DNA of 64,000 nucleotides from a virus: IMG/VR virus record IMGVR_UViG_3300029309_000008, positions 1 to 64,000 of that record; one strand, 5' to 3'. Shown piece by piece: positions 57,425 to 64,000 of this stretch (position 1 is its first letter; each line of letters starts with the position of its first letter). The notes under the pieces were generated by a model. It saw only the letters and a program-made list of their open reading frames with translations, ran no database searches and was not told where the DNA came from. The position numbers and the translations under genes were made by a program.

Positions 57425-60400
57425 ATGGCTACACCATTTTCAAAACCTTTAGAGTACGCAGAGTATATCGAACCAGTAGATATGGACCTACTGCTCAAAG
57501 CAGTTACGTACAAGCAAGGTAAATACGATTTAAATAAACAAAGAGTTAGTAATTTAGTCAATCAGGCTATTACTATGCCTTTTGCTAAAGAGGAGGATAG
57601 AGAATATTTTGATTCTAGAATGGCTGGTTTAATTAACGAGCTAAATAGATACGGTGCAGGGGATTTATCTTCAGATACTAGAGCTGATTATTTAGTAGGG
57701 TTTCTTTCTCAAGCGGCAGATGAATCGGTTGCTAATGGTGTAGAGGGTACTTTGTGGAAACAACAGTACGATGCATCCGCTTTGGAGGCTAGGAAAGAAA
57801 ACCCAGAATCATTTAGTGAAAGAAACTACCAATACGGTTTACAGAATTACAATGAATGGCTCAATGATAGGCAAGTAGGGACGAATGTTAATGACTATAG
57901 CAACCCTTGGACAGGAAAAGGCGTGGGGAGATATCAACCTTTTGTAAATGTTGATGCTATGTTGCGAGAGGAGCTTGAAAAAATAGACCCAGAAATAACT
58001 TTCGAAATATCGCCTTTTGGTAATGGTATTCAGTATTATAAAAACAAGTATGAGTTGATAACAGATGAAAAGTTATTAAACTCTATAAATCTTCAAGTAG
58101 AAGGTAATCCCCAGTTACAAACTCAACTAGACATAAATGCATGGTCAACTTACAGTGGAGCAACTTCTGAACAACTTACACCACAAATTCAAGAATATTA
58201 TCAAGGAAAAGCTGCTGAGGCGGGAAAGAACATTGAGTATTTTCGCCAACAAAAGGCAGGGGCATCCACACAGGAGCTTGAAATTCTCAATCAAGAGATA
58301 GAGAACTTAAAAAAATTACAAAATAATTTTACACAACAAGCTAGTTTAGAAAGTGTAAATGCAACATTAGCCAATCCGTCTGCTAGAGTGGCTACCTTAA
58401 AGAATCTATACAGAGACGGTCTATACTCATCGTATGCTTATCAATATGCACAAACAAACCTTGTGGATATGGATATCTTTAGTGACGAAGCCGCAAAGAT
58501 AAGTGCGACTGCTTCTGCAAATGCAGAGGTTGAAAGAATGAAACAAGCTAATGATGTGTTACTAAAAGCTTATGAAGCTGATGGTAAGGGAGAAACTGCA
58601 TTAGCCGATGCATATGTTGGTTATCTTGAAGATGTATTACAATTCAATTATGAGGTACCAGGAACTGGGATTGTAAGTCCTAGTGGAATGATGGCTCTTC
58701 ATAGAATGGGAGAGGTGGGTACTGCTCTAAAAGATGAGTCTATAGAAAATGTAAGTATTACACAGCAGTTTACAGCAAAACAAGCTCTAACACAACGACA
58801 AGTAGACGAAACAATTAGTGCTATTGCATCAAGTACTGATTTATATGGAAATACTAGAGCTGAAACTGTGGCCACTATCAATTCTTGGTCACCAGAAAGA
58901 TTAACTGAGGAAATTAATAGACCAGGACTAGACCCTATTTTAAAAGGACAATTCGAAATTCTTAGGGAGGCGGTGACTATGAATACCACTTTAGCACAAA
59001 CACATGAGCTAGCTGTTGACTTGACATATGCACAAATTGAAAGTAAACTAAGAAATGGTGAAACTGCATGGACTGGGGGAGGTTATGCAGGCTATCGTGT
59101 AATAACAGATGAAAACGGTGAGACGGTCAAACTACCTGCTACAGGTACATTTTTAAAAGTTGAAAATGGTCAACTTGTAGGTTACGACTACATAACTCCA
59201 AAAGAGAGAGCAGTAGCTTTTCAAACCATGAAGGATGCGGAGTACGCAGCCAACAGAAGGCCAATAGGTGGAGGAGGGTTTGGTAATGTCGGAGGTTGGT
59301 TTGTAAACAGAGGAGTTGATTTCATGGATTTTGCAGGAAATGTTATGAGTGCTCTATATGATTTTGGTCCAGGAAGAGTAACAACGGGGGGTCGTTATAT
59401 AAACAGTTACAAACAAAATAGACTCGAGGCTAATCTAGATGCTCTTTACGAAAATGACCCTACACCAGATAAAAGAATATATGCAGCTGTATCAGGATTT
59501 AGAGGCTATGATGTCGATGGAGATAATATAGCAGACCCAGGTGCGACTAGCGGAACACCAATCTACGGAGAGGGACTTGTTAGAAATTCACAGATGCCTG
59601 TGGGTACGCAACTTAGGCAAGAATTGGGTAAAGGTATCTTCACTTACTTAGCATTTATGCCACAGGGTAATATTTTGAGAACTGGAGCTCCAGCTCTTGG
59701 AGGAGTTTTAGGCCCTCTCGGACCAGGTAGAATAGTTAGTAGGATACCTGGAGTCAGAACCCTTCTTCCGAGATATACAGGAAGAGCAGCTCTTGGTCGC
59801 AATTTACAGGGTTTATTTTTAGCAACAGGTTTAGGTACTGTTGCAGATGCTGGCAATGTGCTGTTAGAGACGGGGGTGGCTCGTAGAGGAGGGTATAATA
59901 CGAGTGTTAATAGAAGAGGTCAAGGATTAGGCATAGGGTTTGAGGCTCAGCAACAAGCCCCTGCTAATTATGGAGGGTTTCGGAACTTTCGGTTTTTTAG
60001 AAGAGGGTTGGCTTCAGATATCTTAGCATATGATGTTCTTGGTGACGATGATGCACTACGCCAAGCTATTGGGGATGCTGCTGATATAGACTTCATGGCT
60101 AAACACGATGGTTTAATATTTTCTAATGGTAGACATTATTTAGGGGCGATACTTGAAAATAACCTTGAGCATGTGTTAATTCAAAATAATGTACAAGCTA
60201 TCCCAACTAGACAATTAAGTTTAAATTCAATGGCGGCTAGGCCTTATTTGGAGGATATATTTAATGCTATGACTCCTGATGGTGTTCCACTATTCCCTGA
60301 TGTACCTGAATTACAGAGTGCTCCAAGTTTTATAGCAGCAATGGATAAAGACCCTACAGAGGACCAAGAAGCTCTTTTATTAGATATTAAAGGAATCGGT

Positions 60401-61030
60401 GGGGGCCAACTACAAGTAGTAATGCGAAGAGGGGATGACGAACCTGTGGTAAAGATGTTTTACCCAGATAAGAATAGTGACTTTTACAAGCAAATTTTAG
60501 TACCAGAAACTCTTGACTACAATAATCAGATGGATAACATGTTATTCAATGTTGGTAATATGGCTAAATCTAGAGACCTAATAGCTAAGGGTACGGAAGT
60601 TATGCCAGACGGTACTATCAAGGAAGGTAGCCCTCTACAAAACAAACTGCAAACCATATCTCTGATTGACGAGGAGACTGGATTATTTATAAGACCAGAA
60701 TATACTATGACATATGAACCTAATCCTAAAGATGGATACTCATACTCTTCAACACCTTATGATGGAAATAAGGTTTTAAGAATGAAAGGCGTTACTATCT
60801 TGAATTCAGATAATGACGTTTTAGGTTTTGTGGAAAAGGCAGGGATATTTAAGTTTGACCAAATAATAGCTACCACGAGACCAAGTAGTGCACAAGAACC
60901 AGGTGTGGAAGACCTTCTATTCAATGTAGGAGACAATGTGCTTTCTGTCCAAGCTGCGAATGCATTTTTTTCTAATGAAGAACAAGTACAAGCTGTAATA
61001 GATGAATTTAGTAAATCCCAATCAAAATAA
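57425..61030 (+). CDS. virion cargo/ejection protein (1201 aa)
   Basis: N-terminal YIEPVD.DLL.KA..YKQ.KYD as in crAss-like cargo proteins; Gly-rich hydrophobic central segments. Confidence 0.7.
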   Translation: MATPFSKPLEYAEYIEPVDMDLLLKAVTYKQGKYDLNKQRVSNLVNQAITMPFAKEEDREYFDSRMAGLINELNRYGAGDLSSDTRADYLVGFLSQAADESVANGVEGTLWKQQYDASALEARKENPESFSERNYQYGLQNYNEWLNDRQVGTNVNDYSNPWTGKGVGRYQPFVNVDAMLREELEKIDPEITFEISPFGNGIQYYKNKYELITDEKLLNSINLQVEGNPQLQTQLDINAWSTYSGATSEQLTPQIQEYYQGKAAEAGKNIEYFRQQKAGASTQELEILNQEIENLKKLQNNFTQQASLESVNATLANPSARVATLKNLYRDGLYSSYAYQYAQTNLVDMDIFSDEAAKISATASANAEVERMKQANDVLLKAYEADGKGETALADAYVGYLEDVLQFNYEVPGTGIVSPSGMMALHRMGEVGTALKDESIENVSITQQFTAKQALTQRQVDETISAIASSTDLYGNTRAETVATINSWSPERLTEEINRPGLDPILKGQFEILREAVTMNTTLAQTHELAVDLTYAQIESKLRNGETAWTGGGYAGYRVITDENGETVKLPATGTFLKVENGQLVGYDYITPKERAVAFQTMKDAEYAANRRPIGGGGFGNVGGWFVNRGVDFMDFAGNVMSALYDFGPGRVTTGGRYINSYKQNRLEANLDALYENDPTPDKRIYAAVSGFRGYDVDGDNIADPGATSGTPIYGEGLVRNSQMPVGTQLRQELGKGIFTYLAFMPQGNILRTGAPALGGVLGPLGPGRIVSRIPGVRTLLPRYTGRAALGRNLQGLFLATGLGTVADAGNVLLETGVARRGGYNTSVNRRGQGLGIGFEAQQQAPANYGGFRNFRFFRRGLASDILAYDVLGDDDALRQAIGDAADIDFMAKHDGLIFSNGRHYLGAILENNLEHVLIQNNVQAIPTRQLSLNSMAARPYLEDIFNAMTPDGVPLFPDVPELQSAPSFIAAMDKDPTEDQEALLLDIKGIGGGQLQVVMRRGDDEPVVKMFYPDKNSDFYKQILVPETLDYNNQMDNMLFNVGNMAKSRDLIAKGTEVMPDGTIKEGSPLQNKLQTISLIDEETGLFIRPEYTMTYEPNPKDGYSYSSTPYDGNKVLRMKGVTILNSDNDVLGFVEKAGIFKFDQIIATTRPSSAQEPGVEDLLFNVGDNVLSVQAANAFFSNEEQVQAVIDEFSKSQSK
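58793..58981 (+). repeat. 189-nt dispersed repeat, copy B
   Basis: See copy A. Confidence 0.9.
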
Positions 61031-64000
61031 TCCTGTTTTTCAACAGGCTCAACAAGGTTTATCTCAGATACCCCGTCCTTCAGTCAGGAACATGGCTACC
61101 ATAAAAGATTTTTATGAGTATGCAGGTCCTAAATATGGTTATATAACCAAGTATAAAGAAGGATTCATACCTGATTTTGATAACGAAACTTACTATGCAA
61201 ATAAGCAGTCTGGTATAGACGTTACATTAGCAGGACTAAAACAATTTGGTAATTTATTTGCTAATCAGTTTTTGAATAACTTTTCTCAGTATGGAAGAGA
61301 TGTTACTGCTTTGGCAACCTTAGATGCTTCAAAACTTTGGGACAGTGATATGGCTTCTGGTGCAGCACAGACTGCAAAAGCACAACGGTTGCTCAACCCT
61401 ATATTTAGAACACCAGAAATGGCTGAGTTTGAATTAGAGCAGGCCACAGGCAAAAGGGGGCCTTTTTCAGCTTTTACTAAATTTTTACCAGGTTCACCAG
61501 GTGCAGGAAGGTTCAGGTCCGAGCTTTTAGGACAAGCAGGTTTTTCGTTAGGTGCTTTAGGGGCGTATGGGGTTGAATCATTAGTACTGGCGGGTTTAAC
61601 AACTCCTGCTGGAGGTCTAGCTAATGCAGCGATGAAAGCTCCTAAATTAGCAAGGACTATCTACTCTATGTTCCGTACAGGTGACCAACTTAGAGATATT
61701 ACTACAGCAAGAAGGGCGGTTCAAACTTCTCGTTCTTTAAAAAAGTTAGTAAACAGTGTGCCCACAGTAATTAGAAGGTCTAACTTGGCTGCATCAGAAT
61801 CTGCTTTAGAAGCTAATATGGCAGCTTTAGAGTTTAAAGAACAAGAACTTAAAGTAAGAGAGTTAGACTCACGTTTACCTACTAGCGAGGAATTAAGCTC
61901 ATTAGCAAAAGATACTGAAGAAGTAGGTGATTTTACTTTTGGGTGGAATATGCCTATATTATTAGCGAGCAATGCTTTGTTTTTAAGTAATGTTGCAAAC
62001 GGTAGATTTTTACTACCAAAGACAGCAAACCTAAGTGAGCACCTTTTATCTAAAGGAGCCAAGTTTATGACCTATAAGCAAGCTGCTAAACAAGGTTTAC
62101 TTACATTTGGAGACAGGGTACGCAGAGCAGGAATGTACTTACCCATGCTTAATCTTCAAGAAGGGTTTGAAGAGGGTGCTCAAAGAGTCGCATCAGAAAC
62201 AGCTAAAAAATACTTTAGCCAAACTAATAATCTATACGGTGAAACTATAAAATCACAAGCATTAGTTGCAGGAGAAGAAATACACAATACACTTACAACA
62301 GCTGAAGGCTGGAATGAGATAGCTGCAGGTATTATTAATGGTATGGGCATGTCCATGTCAAGGGCTGCTATAAATAGGTCTTTAGGTAACACAAGAGTTG
62401 GGCAGAAGTTAGGCCTTATGAGTCCTAGCAAAAGAGAGGAAAACTTAGTAAGTATTGCAACAAAGGTAAATGAGCAAGTATCTAAGTATGTTCAAAGTAG
62501 TGTAGTAAATGGACCACAGACTCATAATGCCTCCCAACAATTAGAGTCTGCTGCAGGAACTGCTGCAGAAGCAGGTAAAGGTAATCAAAAATCAGCAAGA
62601 GACTTTAGACAAGATTCAAAATACTCCTTATTTTCTCTTGGTAGAAGATATGGAATTACAGATGCTATTATCGATAATGCTGTATTAGAGCTGAAAGAAG
62701 CTGTAAAAAATGACCCTTCACTAGAGAGTTCTCTTGGAGAGAATAGCGATATAGACACTCTAGGGTTTGACCTTAAACAAGAAGCAGAAGTCTACAATAA
62801 AAAGATGGATGCTGCAATGACTAATTTAGGTAGGGTCAGAGATAAACTTACCACCGACCTAGCCAAACAAGCCCATGATGTGGCAGTAGATGTTCTTGTA
62901 CGACTTGATATGGGGGCTGATAATGCCTTTTCTCGTGGTAGAAAAATGATGCAAGAGCTTAAAACTAGAGCTCAAGAAAGTAGTGATGCTGCAAAAATTA
63001 TGGAAGTTCTAGATGCCGTATCTAGTCCAGAGTCTTTAGTAGAGTTAGCTCTTAGAGTAGAGTCAAGTATTCAACAACGGGAGGATGCCAATAAAGGTGT
63101 CGAGATGACCAAGCAACAAAGGGAAGCATTTAACTTGGAAATCATAAAAGAAAAAAATTATCTAAAGACCCTTCAGAATTTAAGAGATACATTTTTAGAT
63201 AAAAACGGAAAGCTAAAATCTGATGTTACTGCAAATGAAGCATCCGTTGCTATAGTTAATGAATTTGCTAATTATAATGGTAGGTTTGCAGATAGAGAAT
63301 TCCAAGAGAAACTTGCTGACTATCTTTTACTAGAAGCAGAGGGGTCTTCAATTAGAGAACTATTTAACAGGGTACAAGACCCTAAATCATTCGAAGAAAA
63401 CTTTTTAAAAGGTTTTGTAAGAGAAGCTAAGAAATCTGCTAATCAGCAGGCTAAGGCTATCGAAGTAAAAGATACTAGTACTACGGGCACTATCACTGAT
63501 GAAGACTACCAACAAGCTTTATCTAATATACCAATATTTGTAGTAGCAAAAGTAGAAAATATCTTAAGAGGTATAACAGAACAAAATGGTAAATTCCTTT
63601 TTGGAAACAGAGAGTATACAACAGAAAAAGAGGCTATTGATACTGCTATAAATAGTTTAAATTTAAATGAAACAGATAAAGCTTCTGTTATGAATGCTAT
63701 CGGTCCTTTCATGCGGAAGGCAAAGCAATCAGCTGCCGCAGAGGCTGCAAGCACAGAAACTCAAGAGGAAGCTGAAACGGGTATGAACGTAGTTGTGCCC
63801 CAAGGAAAAGAGGAGCCTAATACCAAGGAAGAAATAGAAGAAAGAAATAAAAAATATAGTCTTAGTAGAAGTACTCCTGGAAATATTGTTACCCACTTTT
63901 TCGACAAAGCTTTAGCAAAAGTGTACTCGGTGTACGAGAAGTACTTGTATAAGTTTGCTGGCGAAAATGTTAAACAAGGTATTGAAAAGATGAAGAATCT
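61002..64000 (+). CDS. giant virion cargo protein, truncated at window end (virion RNA polymerase-associated class)
   Basis: Frame from ATG 61002 (MNLVNPNQ...) spot-checked open to 64000; DNETYYANKQS and EGFEEGAQ motifs; no RNAP catalytic motif recognised in the visible part. Confidence 0.75.
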   Translation, partial: MNLVNPNQNNPVFQQAQQGLSQIPRPSVRNMATIKDFYEYAGPKYGYITKYKEGFIPDFDNETYYANKQSGIDVTLAGLKQFGNLFANQFLNNFSQYGRDVTALATLDASKLWDSDMASGAAQTAKAQRLLNPIFRTPEMAEFELEQATGKRGPFSAFTKFLPGSPGAGRFRSELLGQAGFSLGALGAYGVESLVLAGLTTPAGGLANAAMKAPKLARTIYSMFRTGDQLRDITTARRAVQTSRSLKKLVNSVPTVIRRSNLAASESALEANMAALEFKEQELKVRELDSRLPTSEELSSLAKDTEEVGDFTFGWNMPILLASNALFLSNVANGRFLLPKTANLSEHLLSKGAKFMTYKQAAKQGLLTFGDRVRRAGMYLPMLNLQEGFEEGAQRVASETAKKYFSQTNNLYGETIKSQALVAGEEIHNTLTTAEGWNEIAAGIINGMGMSMSRAAINRSLGNTRVGQKLGLMSPSKREENLVSIATKVNEQVSKYVQSSVVNGPQTHNASQQLESAAGTAAEAGKGNQKSARDFRQDSKYSLFSLGRRYGITDAIIDNAVLELKEAVKNDPSLESSLGENSDIDTLGFDLKQEAEVYNKKMDAAMTNLGRVRDKLTTDLAKQAHDVAVDVLVRLDMGADNAFSRGRKMMQELKTRAQESSDAAKIMEVLDAVSSPESLVELALRVESSIQQREDANKGVEMTKQQREAFNLEIIKEKNYLKTLQNLRDTFLDKNGKLKSDVTANEASVAIVNEFANYNGRFADREFQEKLADYLLLEAEGSSIRELFNRVQDPKSFEENFLKGFVREAKKSANQQAKAIEVKDTSTTGTITDEDYQQALSNIPIFVVAKVENILRGITEQNGKFLFGNREYTTEKEAIDTAINSLNLNETDKASVMNAIGPFMRKAKQSAAAEAASTETQEEAETGMNVVVPQGKEEPNTKEEIEERNKKYSLSRSTPGNIVTHFFDKALAKVYSVYEKYLYKFAGENVKQGIEKMKN

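Noticed and set aside
52643-58981. DGR template/variable repeat pair
   Set aside because: Mismatches are not confined to adenines, both copies lie inside long ORFs, and no reverse transcriptase is present in the window.

Overview
This is a 64 kb slice of a large, AT-rich lytic dsDNA phage with crAss-like (Crassvirales/phi14:2-type) gene order, probably infecting an aquatic Bacteroidota (Flavobacteriia) host. It reads in the standard genetic code. Layout: (1) 1-2000, small minus-strand early-type genes separated by repeated hairpins and leaders. (2) 2040-2460, a non-coding stretch with G-runs, a candidate packaging/terminus region. (3) 2470-10432, a tightly coupled minus-strand operon with HNH, PD-(D/E)xK, GIY-YIG and RNase H-like nucleases, phoH, recA and several tiny Lys/Arg-rich proteins. 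(4) 10713-37047, a plus-strand morphogenesis block: terminase, portal, scaffold, major capsid, ring/hub/fibre proteins and lysis membrane proteins. (5) 37047-64000, a muzzle protein and five giant virion cargo/ejection proteins, the last truncated by the window. The main discovery is in cargo genes 43918-57397. They read as strings of independent modules separated by a recurring x-[QEA]-x-GG linker, often extended to GG-[YF]-x-R-[NH]-Q. Modules include an HExxH metalloprotease, two pre-toxin-TG-like helices each followed by a toxin-like domain (one a VIP2/Alt-like ADP-ribosyltransferase), a lysozyme-like domain and small basic modules. One slot holds a recently copied piece of another cargo gene. 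This suggests a GG-cleaved, virion-injected polymorphic-effector polyprotein system. All family assignments come from motif recognition and synteny; no database search was run.
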